From Coriobacteriia bacterium (GTDB taxonomy: Bacteria; Actinomycetota; Coriobacteriia; Coriobacteriales; UMGS124), in NCBI GenBank assembly GCA_963930185.1, contig CAWVLT010000044.1:45403-109402 (forward strand): 64,000 nucleotides of DNA, written 5' to 3'. Positions 8,859 through 17,730 of the stretch are shown here, in pieces (position 1 is the first letter of the stretch; every line of letters begins with the position of its first letter). The notes beneath the pieces were generated by a model. The model was not told where the DNA came from, made no database searches, and was given only the letters and a program-made list of their open reading frames with translations. A program made the translations under genes and the position numbers.

Positions 8859-9143
8859 ATGAAGGCAACGCGGGCGCTGCGCATGATGGTAAAGAACAGT
8901 GGGCTGACCGCCATCGAGATCTCTCGCAGGATCGGTCGCACGGACAACTACCTGTCTTCTCTGCTGAACAGGGGCAGCGTTCCCTCGGTGGAGACGTTTG
9001 CCAGCATAGCCGAGGCATGCGGCTGCAGGCTCTGCCTTGTCATGCCCGAGCAGACGGTTCAGTTGGACGGCTGGGAGGTCGAGCTTACGACCGATGTCAT
9101 GATTGACGGGGAGAAGCCGGGGCGCCAGATGGGCCGAGGGTAG
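8859..9143 (+). CDS. XRE/Cro-CI-type helix-turn-helix protein
   Basis: SGLTAIEISRRIGRTDNYLSSLLNRGSVPSVETFASIAEACGCRL matches the HTH_3 pattern. Confidence 0.65.
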   Translation: MKATRALRMMVKNSGLTAIEISRRIGRTDNYLSSLLNRGSVPSVETFASIAEACGCRLCLVMPEQTVQLDGWEVELTTDVMIDGEKPGRQMGRG

Positions 9144-9237
9144 CGGCCGACTGCTTCTCCAATGCGCCTACTATGGCGATGGGGCCACCGGCGAGGGGGC
9201 TTGATGACGCCTCTCATATATTGTTGATGTCAGACTC

Positions 9238-9266
9238 TTGACAGGCATTCTAAAGAGGAATATAAA
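9238..9266 (+). promoter_or_regulatory. sigma-70-like promoter upstream of the RNA ligase gene
   Basis: TTGACA (9238-9243), 17-nt spacer, TATAAA (9261-9266). Confidence 0.5.
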
Positions 9267-9384
9267 CTCATCAATACATGAGTCTTAGCAATATCCAACA
9301 AGCGGCATGGCTCTCAGGCTTGGGCTCTGTCTGCCTTGTTGGGCGAGGTGAAGTCTGCGTTGTTCTGGCTGGCGGGCACTCGAC

Positions 9385-10437
9385 ATGAAAGGATGGGCGG
9401 TCGTGGGGAGGAAACTGGCGTCGGTTCAATACGTGCACGATGTGTGGCCAATCGAGGGTGCGGACTCCATTGAAGCCATAGGCGTCCTAGGCTGGACGTG
9501 CGTTGCAAAGAAAGGCGAGTTTGCGGTGGGGGACAGCTGCGTCTATTTCGAGATAGACTCGTTTCTCCCAATTGACGATCATTTCGAGTTCCTCCGCGCA
9601 AGCAGCTATAAGAATAGCGAGCTGTTGGGCGAGGGTTTTCGCCTCAAGACCCAGAAGTTCCGCGGGCAGATCTCCCAAGGGCTGGCGCTGCCCTTGAGTA
9701 TTCTCCCAGAGGGGAATTATGTGCTTGGCCAGGACGTGACCGAGCTTTTGGGCGTTCGCAAGTGGGAGATAGCTGAGTTCGCGAGCAGCAACGGAACGAT
9801 CATCGGGGGCCTTCCGGTGGGCCTGCCAAAGACGGAGGAATCGCGTGTGCAGGCAGAGCCCGGTTTGATCGACGAGTTTGTCGGCGTGCCCTATTACATC
9901 ACAACCAAAATGGATGGCACAAGCGTCAGCATGTTTCTAATTGACGGACGCTTTGGGGTGTGCGGTCATAATTACGAGTACGCCGATGACGGCAGGTGCT
10001 CATTTTGGGATTATGCGCGAAAGCATGACATAGAGAGCAAGATGCGCGATCTTGGCATTGGCGATGTCGTTGTGCAGGGCGAGTTCTGTGCCGCCGGCAT
10101 TCAAAAGAACCCGCTGAAGCTTACCAGGCCCGAATGGTATATATTCACCGTCTATGACCCACTTACTCGCAAGCATTTCTCCCTGGACAGAATGACAAGA
10201 CTTTGCGACAGACTTTGCCTGCAGGTTGTTCCCGTTGAAGAGCGGGGTGACGACCTGCCCTACAAGGACATAACGGCGCTGCTCGAGAGGGCTCGTGGTA
10301 ACTACCCAAGCGGAACGACGAAGGAGGGGATCGTGATCAGGCCGCTTGTTCCTGTGTACTCAAAGACGCTGGGCGGGCCTTTGTCTATGAAAGTGATCAA
10401 TAACGACTATCTGCTCAAGAAGGCAAAGCGCGAATAG
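9385..10437 (+). CDS. ATP-dependent RNA ligase, Rnl5 / DraRnl (DRB0094) family
   Basis: N-terminal OB-like module RKLASVQYVHDVWPIEGADSIEAIGVLGWTCVAKKGEFAVGDSCVYFEIDSFLP. Nucleotidyltransferase motifs: I TKMDGTS, III VVVQGEF, IV KEGIVIRP, V LSMKVINNDYLLK. The start could instead be GTG 9403. Confidence 0.75.
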   Translation: MKGWAVVGRKLASVQYVHDVWPIEGADSIEAIGVLGWTCVAKKGEFAVGDSCVYFEIDSFLPIDDHFEFLRASSYKNSELLGEGFRLKTQKFRGQISQGLALPLSILPEGNYVLGQDVTELLGVRKWEIAEFASSNGTIIGGLPVGLPKTEESRVQAEPGLIDEFVGVPYYITTKMDGTSVSMFLIDGRFGVCGHNYEYADDGRCSFWDYARKHDIESKMRDLGIGDVVVQGEFCAAGIQKNPLKLTRPEWYIFTVYDPLTRKHFSLDRMTRLCDRLCLQVVPVEERGDDLPYKDITALLERARGNYPSGTTKEGIVIRPLVPVYSKTLGGPLSMKVINNDYLLKKAKRE

Positions 10438-10757
10438 GTACGTCCAGGTCGAGAAGGCTGCGCATAAGCTCGGCAAACTCGGCTCGAGTTTATGCGCAGC
10501 TCAATTGGCGTGCGGTTGTCGTACATTAGATGGCCGAGATGCGGCATCAAAGGGCCAGTGGCAGTTGGCCCAGGATTGCCGCGCCTATGTTGATGCGGGC
10601 TTTGACGCCCATCATACTTTGCTTGTGTGGCTGTCCCTGTGTCCTCGGTCCTCTGCTCATATACATAAGGTGCTGAGCTTTGTATTAGCAGCATAGAGCA
10701 AAATGCTAATACATAGCTTAGTAGTAATGTATGGCGGCAGGAAATACTGTGAGTGGC

Positions 10758-11027
10758 ATGAAGACTGACGTGCCACATGACTACTCGCGCTTTCTCAGCC
10801 AGCTGGGACTGAGGATCCAGCAGCTGCGCAAATCAAGAAAGATATCCCAAGAGCAGCTTGGCGAGCTCATAGGCGTGAGCCGCGTCTATGTCGGCTACAT
10901 CGAGCAGTCAAGGGAGATCCCGAACCTTGAGCTGCTCTATAACATCGCAGCGGTGCTTGGTGTCGGACTGGATGAGTTGTTCGTCGGCATCGAGATTGGT
11001 GCTCCAACGAGAAGCAGAAACGCATGA
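10758..11027 (+). CDS. XRE-family HTH regulator (tandem paralog 1)
   Basis: ISQEQLGELIGVSRVYVGYIEQSREIPNLELLYNIAAVLGV. Start 10758 chosen because it aligns with the paralog start at 11133. Confidence 0.75.
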   Translation: MKTDVPHDYSRFLSQLGLRIQQLRKSRKISQEQLGELIGVSRVYVGYIEQSREIPNLELLYNIAAVLGVGLDELFVGIEIGAPTRSRNA

Positions 11028-11081
11028 CCACCGTGGTTTTTGAAGGCCGACATCTGACGTGCCTCGGCAGCGTGATAAATG

Positions 11082-11096
11082 CTAACTGACAGTTAG
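11082..11096. promoter_or_regulatory. 15-bp perfect palindrome, candidate XRE operator
   Basis: CTAACTG-A-CAGTTAG lies 37 nt upstream of ATG 11133. A degenerate copy (CTAATACATAGCTTAG, 10706-10721) occupies the same position upstream of the first paralog. Confidence 0.5.
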
Positions 11097-11132
11097 TAGT
11101 AAGTTCGCCTATGGGAACATAGGGTGTCCGGC

Positions 11133-11369
11133 ATGGAAACTAGGACGCCCGATGACTACATGCGCTTTGTTGAGGACCTTGGCGCAAATATCAGTCGCCT
11201 TCGCAGGGAGAAGGGCTTATCCCAAGAGGAGCTTTGCGAGCTCATTGGCATAAGCAGGGTTCACATGGGCTATATCGAGCAGGCGAGAAGGACGCCGAGC
11301 CTCGAGATTCTCTACGACATCGCTCGAGCGCTTGGCGTAGGCGTGGGAGAGCTCTTTCCTGCACGCTAA
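11133..11369 (+). CDS. XRE-family HTH regulator (tandem paralog 2)
   Basis: LSQEELCELIGISRVHMGYIEQARRTPSLEILYDIARALGV. Colinear similarity with 10758-11027, including the upstream DNA. Confidence 0.75.
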   Translation: METRTPDDYMRFVEDLGANISRLRREKGLSQEELCELIGISRVHMGYIEQARRTPSLEILYDIARALGVGVGELFPAR

Positions 11370-11406
11370 TCGACCTGATTTGTGTTTGCGACCTAGTGAC
11401 GTGCTT

Positions 11407-11655
11407 ATGCGGGGTGCCTGTCAACCTCGGATACTCGCGGTCGAGGTCGAGGAGGTTGCGCGTAAGCTTGGACCGGGCCGCTCGGAGTTCATGCGGGGCG
11501 CTATTGACGATCGGCTTGCCGCAGGTAGGGTAAATCCGGTAACGGTGCATGCTCATTTTGCTGTCAATCTGGACAAATCTCGACACACGGCAAAGCGATG
11601 TCGAGATTTGTCCAGATTAAACGCTATTGGAATTGGCGCAGGCGAGCCACTCTGA
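11407..11655 (+). CDS. possible small ribbon-helix-helix (CopG-like) protein
   Basis: Only the segment RILAVEVEEVARKLGPGRSEFMRGAIDDRL resembles an RHH. The 3' part of the ORF runs through a hairpin repeat. Weak call. Confidence 0.25.
   Translation: MRGACQPRILAVEVEEVARKLGPGRSEFMRGAIDDRLAAGRVNPVTVHAHFAVNLDKSRHTAKRCRDLSRLNAIGIGAGEPL
11566..11627 (+). repeat. hairpin repeat, copy A (20-bp perfect arms)
   Basis: AATCTGGACAAATCTCGACA - 13 nt - TGTCGAGATTTGTCCAGATT - AAACGCTAT. A second copy lies at 24541-24604 in the same orientation. Confidence 0.85.
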
Positions 11656-11785
11656 CGTGAGTGTAAGATCATCGGTTCGCCTGCGCCTTTGGTGTCTGAT
11701 CGCTGCAAGGTCAATTCAAGAGTTCGTTAGCAAGTGGGTGGGATTGATCCCCCAAGCTGGCTTTCTTTATACAGACGATCGACTT

Positions 11786-13519
11786 CTAGTCCGCCGCGAT
11801 TCCGTCGGCGCCCATGTCTCCGGTTTCGTCAGCTGTCTGGATGGTAGTCGCCTCAGGCATAACAGACTCGATAACGATACCTTCGTTTTCGATATAGGTG
11901 GCTGCATTATTGGCCGCTGCACGTCCGCTCCAGAAGGCGAAGGCGCTTGCCCAACCGGAATCAAGATGGTTGTAATCGCAGCCATAGCATCCGCCTGCGT
12001 CGTTGCCGATGACGTAAAGTCCAGGAATAGTCATCATTTCGGCGTTAACGGCCTCTAGCTTTTCGGTGACCTTGACACCACCGGTGGTATTGAGAATGCC
12101 GCAGATCATCTTGCACATATAAAACGGAGGCGTCTGCACCTTATGCATGTTGTTGACATCCTTATGGAACCACCAGTCGACGCCTTCGTCCACAGCGGCG
12201 TTGTACTCTTTAACCGTTGCGACCAGTTTTGCAGCATCAATTCCTGCGGCCTCCGCCAAGCCTTCGATGGTGTCAGCACGAATGATATTGCCTGATTCCA
12301 CGGCAGCATCGAGAGCGGCCGAAAGACCCTCAATAGGATCGTTATGGGAGGGCGTATAGACGGTTGTCTTGATGGTGGGGTTGTTTTCCATCATCTCAAC
12401 CATGTCGGAGTCGAAGAGTGAATAGTACATACCATCAGGCTGGTAGATGATCTTGTAATTCGATTCATTGGAGAACCGATCGGCGAGCTTGTTGACATAG
12501 AGATAGGGTTCACGTGCTGCACGATGTACAGGGCTGTCAATGACCTCTCCCTCTACCTGTTCGATAGTGCAGTCGTAGAAACGGATACCTTCCTCTGCGG
12601 CCCCTGCAGCCCAGGCCATACGGATACCTTCGCCATAATGGCCACCCATGCCGCCAGCAACCTTGTGACCTTGGGTTCCGCAGGCGAGCGCTTCATTGTG
12701 CCCGCAGTATTTCTCGAGCATCTCGGGACTGTTGGCAAATCCGCCAGTTGCAATGATGACAGCTCCGGCGCTTACTTTGACTACATTACCGTCCTTATCT
12801 GTGCATGCAACGCCGATGACGCGTCCGGAGTCATCTTGAATGAGATTGTTTGCATGCGTTTCGAGCAAGAACCGAGCGTTGTCAAATTCCTCGGCTTTGG
12901 CAACGAGCTTGTTGGCGAGGTGAATTCCACCCTTAGCATAGTTGCCATTGGCATCTTGATTCAGGAACATGATGCCTGCCGAGCCGCCGGGACCGCGAAG
13001 GCCCCACATGACACCGCCATCCGCGATGGTGCATCCTACATCATCGACAAGCCAGTCGATTGATGTGGCGCATTCTTCGGTGAACATGCGAACGAGCCTC
13101 GCATTGGCGCGCCAGCGGTTGAAGTCCATGTGATACGTGTAGGCATCAAGCGGGCTCTGAATCTCGTCACTCATCCCTGCTTCCTGCGTTGCCTTGCAGT
13201 CAAGCGTGTAGTGCGCCTCGACTCCGTAAAGGCCACCGCCGAGATAGCCAAAGTTTTCGACACCAATTACGTTAAGGCCATTTTCTGCCGCCTGCACGAT
13301 CGCGCACATACCGGCACCTCCGGTGCCGATTACAACAACGTCACATGCATATTCGGTTGCATTTTCTGTATCAAGGGGAATGATCTCCAAGCTCTCACCA
13401 GCTGTTTCTTCGGCAAAGGCGGGAGAGACGGCGAGCGACGCGCCCTTCAGTGTGCCAGCAGCTATGGCTGTTGATGCTGCCCCTACGACGAAACCTCTTC
13501 TCGAGACAAGCTCACCCAT
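11786..13519 (-). CDS. Tat-signal FAD-dependent reductase (FAD_binding_2; fumarate/urocanate-reductase-like)
   Basis: Leader MGELVSRRGFVVGAASTAIAAGTLKGASLAVSPAFA; DVVVIGTGGAGMCA dinucleotide fold; C-terminal IPGLYVIGNDAGG. RBS AAAGGAG. Confidence 0.85.
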   Translation of the reverse strand: MGELVSRRGFVVGAASTAIAAGTLKGASLAVSPAFAEETAGESLEIIPLDTENATEYACDVVVIGTGGAGMCAIVQAAENGLNVIGVENFGYLGGGLYGVEAHYTLDCKATQEAGMSDEIQSPLDAYTYHMDFNRWRANARLVRMFTEECATSIDWLVDDVGCTIADGGVMWGLRGPGGSAGIMFLNQDANGNYAKGGIHLANKLVAKAEEFDNARFLLETHANNLIQDDSGRVIGVACTDKDGNVVKVSAGAVIIATGGFANSPEMLEKYCGHNEALACGTQGHKVAGGMGGHYGEGIRMAWAAGAAEEGIRFYDCTIEQVEGEVIDSPVHRAAREPYLYVNKLADRFSNESNYKIIYQPDGMYYSLFDSDMVEMMENNPTIKTTVYTPSHNDPIEGLSAALDAAVESGNIIRADTIEGLAEAAGIDAAKLVATVKEYNAAVDEGVDWWFHKDVNNMHKVQTPPFYMCKMICGILNTTGGVKVTEKLEAVNAEMMTIPGLYVIGNDAGGCYGCDYNHLDSGWASAFAFWSGRAAANNAATYIENEGIVIESVMPEATTIQTADETGDMGADGIAAD

Positions 13520-13658
13520 GATGCAACTCCTTTCATGGCTAACTAGCGGCGGGACATCGCCGTATGCAGTCGGAGGCGATATCCCGCCACGACATTCGCT
13601 GGGTCAAGCTAAAAACATGCGCAGGATCGCGTTTGGTCCGGGGCAAAATGCCGTCGGC

Positions 13659-15896
13659 CTATAGCGCGCGTCCTACATCGTTGCCGCCGCGGATAGCAAG
13701 CGCGATGTTGAACGGCTCGTTACAGTCTCCGATGGCATACTTCTCTGCGATGTCGATCTCATCCAAGAGCCCTGCGTTGGGCAGCGGATCGGCAGCATTG
13801 ATAATGCTATCGCAGGCGATCTGCGCATCCACGCCATAGCCAGAACGAATAGTGATGCCACCTTCTTCAATAGAGATGATCTCAGAGCTCGGCCATACCT
13901 TGAGGCCAAGCGAGTAGAGGGAAGTAAGCATGAAGCGCCGGGCATGCTGGGACTGTTGGAGATCAAGATCTTCGTTGGCACTCGGGGTTACCATGATGAC
14001 CTTCTTGCCGTGCACCATGAGCCACAGAGTTGCGTCAAAGGCCTGGGCGTTCGAACCGTATACCACCACCGTGTTTCCGGTGTCATCACCCATGAACGCC
14101 TCGTATGGCAGGATCGGAACGCCTTCTCCTTGGATCTCGAGCACTGCCGGTTGAGATCCAACTGCCAGAACAACGGCATCGGGTGCGGCGCTAGCGATGG
14201 TATCCGCAGTGACCTCGGTGTCGAGAATGACCTCAACTCCGTTGATCTCAAGCTGCCGAGAAAGATAGGCAACCAGGTCATCCAGATTCTCGTGTGGGCC
14301 CTTGACCGCGTTTGCGGTCGGCAGCTTGCCGCCGAGCATGCCTGTCTTTTCGTATAGGGTAACTTTGTGACCGCGTGCGGCGGCGATACGTGCTGCCTCC
14401 ATGCCTGCAGGGCCACCGCCAATGACCATGACATTCTTTGGATCACTGGACAGAGGAGGAAGCTCGTAGGTCGCAGGGCCATTTTCGGTCATGACGCGCT
14501 GGGTCAGGGCGTTGACGCGACAGTAACCCATCTCGCGGTTTGCCTCGTTGCTGCCAATATGACAGTGCAGGCAACGACAGCATGGGGCGATTTCATCAAG
14601 GCGGCCCTCGCGTAGCTTGTTGACATATTCAGTGTCAACGGTAAGCGGACGGGTCATGGTGTAGTAGTCGACTTTGCCCTCTTCGAGTGCGTTCTCGAAG
14701 AAGTCGGGGGCATGGGCGGGATCCATGTACGTGACCGTGCCGATGGGGATACTGACGACCTCCTTGAACTTTTTGGTCACATCGAGCAGCATACCGGCGC
14801 CCTGGTGGGCTCCATCGAGCAGGCCTTGGAAGTGACGGTCGAAGTTGTACTGATAGCCCCAAGGGTTCATCCCCTCGAGACCTTTGAGGATGAAGTAGAG
14901 ATCGCTGCCAAATTGGGTGGGGTGATAGTCCTTGATTCCCAAGCGGATGCACAGGGCATCCATTCCGGCGGCCTCAAAGGCCTGGGCGAATGCCAGTTCT
15001 TCCTCAAAGGTCGTTTGCTGGTTATAGGGAAGGTTGACCTCAATGTCGAGCGCACTGAATGCCTCGCCTATGTTGTTGGTCAGGTTGTCGTTGTCGACGA
15101 TGCCCTCCATCAGCGCTTCGATAATGAAGTCGTCGCCGCAGGCTTCCTTAATTTTCTGAACGGTTTCCACAACTATGCGGGCACGATTCTCGATGCTCTG
15201 CGGGCCGTAATCGTCAGTGCGGTGGTTATAGTAGCGTGACAAGAACTGAGTGCAGAGGGTGTTGCCGGTCATATGGAAGCCGATCCCTTTGAATCCCATC
15301 TCTTTGAACCACTGGCAGTATTCCACGGCCCCCTGCTGGAAAACCTCAATGTCTTCGACGGTCATTTCATCACAGGGCTTCACGGGCAGCGGTACAAATT
15401 GCACACCATAGTAGGTTCCATACTGGGCACTCTCTTCGGCGAGGGCCTTTCCCCATGCCATGACTTCATCGCCGGTTACCCCATTGGGTCGTTCGGCGGT
15501 TGGCGACGGGCTGAGCCAGTCAATATATTCCATCATGATGAACTCAACTCCGCCCTTAGCGAAGTTGAGGTAGTACTGATACATCTCATCAGTCGGGCCA
15601 TTGAGGTAGGTTGCCGATCCAGCTGCCGATTTCATAATGCGGTTGCTCAACTCAAGAGGGCCGAACTTCAGAGACGAGAAGAGGGTGGTGAGCTCCTTGG
15701 TATTGGAGCGCCAGTCGGATTCATCTTGTGGGTTTACATATGCCTGTGGAATAAGCCCTTCGACGAGCGTTGCGGAAACACCATCGGTCGCCACGGGAGC
15801 CTCCTCGGCATATGCTGGCAGTGTTGCAGCAAAAGCAACCCCTGCTCCGGTGGCGCCCGCTACTTTAATTGCGTCTCTGCGGGTAATGCTTTCCAT
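13659..15896 (-). CDS. Tat-signal Old-Yellow-Enzyme / enoate-reductase (2,4-dienoyl-CoA-reductase-like) flavo-iron-sulfur protein
   Basis: Leader MESITRRDAIKVAGATGAGVAFAATLPAYA; OYE barrel start LELSNRIMKSAAGS; Cys cluster CCRCLHCHIGSNEANREMGYC; VIGGGPAGMEAARIAAARGHKVTLYEK FAD fold. RBS GGAGAGGAG. Confidence 0.85.
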   Translation of the reverse strand: MESITRRDAIKVAGATGAGVAFAATLPAYAEEAPVATDGVSATLVEGLIPQAYVNPQDESDWRSNTKELTTLFSSLKFGPLELSNRIMKSAAGSATYLNGPTDEMYQYYLNFAKGGVEFIMMEYIDWLSPSPTAERPNGVTGDEVMAWGKALAEESAQYGTYYGVQFVPLPVKPCDEMTVEDIEVFQQGAVEYCQWFKEMGFKGIGFHMTGNTLCTQFLSRYYNHRTDDYGPQSIENRARIVVETVQKIKEACGDDFIIEALMEGIVDNDNLTNNIGEAFSALDIEVNLPYNQQTTFEEELAFAQAFEAAGMDALCIRLGIKDYHPTQFGSDLYFILKGLEGMNPWGYQYNFDRHFQGLLDGAHQGAGMLLDVTKKFKEVVSIPIGTVTYMDPAHAPDFFENALEEGKVDYYTMTRPLTVDTEYVNKLREGRLDEIAPCCRCLHCHIGSNEANREMGYCRVNALTQRVMTENGPATYELPPLSSDPKNVMVIGGGPAGMEAARIAAARGHKVTLYEKTGMLGGKLPTANAVKGPHENLDDLVAYLSRQLEINGVEVILDTEVTADTIASAAPDAVVLAVGSQPAVLEIQGEGVPILPYEAFMGDDTGNTVVVYGSNAQAFDATLWLMVHGKKVIMVTPSANEDLDLQQSQHARRFMLTSLYSLGLKVWPSSEIISIEEGGITIRSGYGVDAQIACDSIINAADPLPNAGLLDEIDIAEKYAIGDCNEPFNIALAIRGGNDVGRAL

Positions 15897-16069
15897 GGCT
15901 TCTCCTCTCCCAGGCGCCGTCTACTGAATGCGGCGCTTTGAGGTCAGAGTAGCCAAGGTTTTCAAGAATATGCGCCTTGATGGTTGTTCGATATCGCGAA
16001 GGGTATAGGTTGAGAATACGCCTAATCCATTCGCGGATTGGAGGGTTGACAGCCCGGGGCGGCTTATCC

Positions 16070-17452
16070 TCACTGCTTGCTATTGTTCGAGCTCGTGGGA
16101 AGGAGCTTTTCCATTAACTCCTGGCGCGAGTGGACGTTTGCCTTGCGGTAAATATTCTTGATGTGTCCTCTTACCGTGCTGCAGGACAGGAATAGCTTGT
16201 CGGCAATTTGTTGTGGAGTCTCCCGGAGAAGCAGATGGCTTGCTATTTCAGTTTCTCGTGCTGTGAACCCGAAGGAATGCATGGCAACAGCAGAGTCGCC
16301 TTGTCTTGGCATGCCGCTGGGATTTCTATCCATGACAGATTGGATTTCTGCCTTTCTTGTACGCTGCGCGACAAAAGCCAAGATGCCGGAAACGAGCAGC
16401 AGAAAAAGGGATATCACCTCGATTGTCGCAAACGGGGAAGGCCCTATGCTGCTCAGTGATTCGCACACGGTCCCAATAAGAGCGCCCAAGAGTGTTGATG
16501 CTGACAGGGAGCAAAAGATTGCCGATGGAAGGAGGCAGTCAGGGAGGTTGTACTCCTTTGTCGCTTCGGCAGAGGCATGAGCTAATGACAAGAACAAAAC
16601 TTCCTGGATGACCAGTGTGACCGCTTTAATCGGCCCGAGATACCACAGGCCAAGTAGCGGCGCGGGAAGTAGCACTAGGGCGGTGATGAGAAATGCGGGG
16701 ATAACAAGTTGTGTTTTGTAGAGCCGCAAGCGAACAAGGAAGGTTCCAATCACAACTCCTACAAGGGGTGCGATGAGATGAATGAGCGTTTGGATATCGG
16801 GGCTTAGGGCCCCCATCGACATGAACAGGTAGCTTGTCGCAACAGATATCATCGTAATTGCGGTGAATCCGAGAAGCGGCATGCTTGTGGTGCGAATTTC
16901 TTTCATCGGGCATGTACCCGAACCACCTGCGCCATTGACAGATGGATCTGGGATCATGCGATTAGGCATGTCGTTGAGGAGCATGGCAGATATGAACGGG
17001 AATGTAGCGAAGAGGTAAAGGAGAAGTGGCGGGGGAATTGGGAGAGAAAAACAGCAGCTAAAAAGGTCGCCAACGAGGACTGCGATGCAGATGTCGAGCG
17101 GATCAGATGCTGTTCCCATAAAGCTTCTCAGGCTTATGATCTCCAGCATAATGAGTCCTGTTGCTGAGAGAAACGACCCGAAAAACCACCACATGGACTC
17201 AGGCAATGTCATGAGTATAACTAAGCCGAGCGAGGTTGATACGGCTAGGGGACACAGGATGGCGGGGGCTGTCGGATTGACTCGGCGCAGCGCGATGGGA
17301 CCCAAGATGGCAACGATTGTCGAAACTAGTAGGTAGAATGCAAAGGTTGCAGAAAGCCCGGCCCCGTCTCCAGGATAGGTAAAGGCGTTTTGGTTAACAC
17401 AACCTTTTCCAACTGCCCAGAGAAGTGCAAATCCGATGACCGATGACGACAT
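16070..17452 (-). CDS. polytopic membrane protein with C-terminal LuxR/GerE HTH (membrane LuxR-type regulator)
   Basis: Long run of hydrophobic segments followed by FGFTARETEIASHLLLRETPQQIADKLFLSCSTVRGHIKNIYRKANVHSRQEL. ATG 17452 has a GGGGAGGGGGG RBS; the ORF-track extension to 17668 is rejected. Confidence 0.85.
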   Translation of the reverse strand: MSSSVIGFALLWAVGKGCVNQNAFTYPGDGAGLSATFAFYLLVSTIVAILGPIALRRVNPTAPAILCPLAVSTSLGLVILMTLPESMWWFFGSFLSATGLIMLEIISLRSFMGTASDPLDICIAVLVGDLFSCCFSLPIPPPLLLYLFATFPFISAMLLNDMPNRMIPDPSVNGAGGSGTCPMKEIRTTSMPLLGFTAITMISVATSYLFMSMGALSPDIQTLIHLIAPLVGVVIGTFLVRLRLYKTQLVIPAFLITALVLLPAPLLGLWYLGPIKAVTLVIQEVLFLSLAHASAEATKEYNLPDCLLPSAIFCSLSASTLLGALIGTVCESLSSIGPSPFATIEVISLFLLLVSGILAFVAQRTRKAEIQSVMDRNPSGMPRQGDSAVAMHSFGFTARETEIASHLLLRETPQQIADKLFLSCSTVRGHIKNIYRKANVHSRQELMEKLLPTSSNNSKQ

Positions 17453-17730
17453 ATCCCCCCTCCCCTCGAGATCGCTTTCATTATAAGTAATGATTAGAGG
17501 GAGAAGGTTTTGGTGAACGCTTTTGTCCGGGCACTTCACTCGGACGCAGGGGAGGGGAGTGCGATAGAGTGGGGCCTGCGACGGCCCCCGTCGGGGGCTG
17601 GCGACAACCGCCGCCGGCCGCCGCGCGACTCCGCCGCTGCAGTAGAGGACCCCTGCGGGGCCCATCATAAAGCCCCTGGCTATGCCGGGGGATTATTACT
17701 CCGGCTGAGATGGGGCTGATTATGCTCTAC

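Noticed and set aside
2975-9200. A direct repeat of the tRNA-Arg 3' end marking the far border (attR) of a tRNA-targeted island
   Set aside because: I found no copy of the 3' acceptor/T-arm sequence (GGTTCGAATCCTACCGGGGGCACCA or a substantial part of it) near 6600, 7440 or 9150. There is also no integrase gene, so a classical integrase-mediated island cannot be claimed.
11627-12058. 143-aa plus-strand ORF immediately after hairpin copy A
   Set aside because: It largely overlaps the 3' end of the well-supported minus-strand reductase gene, has no RBS and belongs to no recognisable family.
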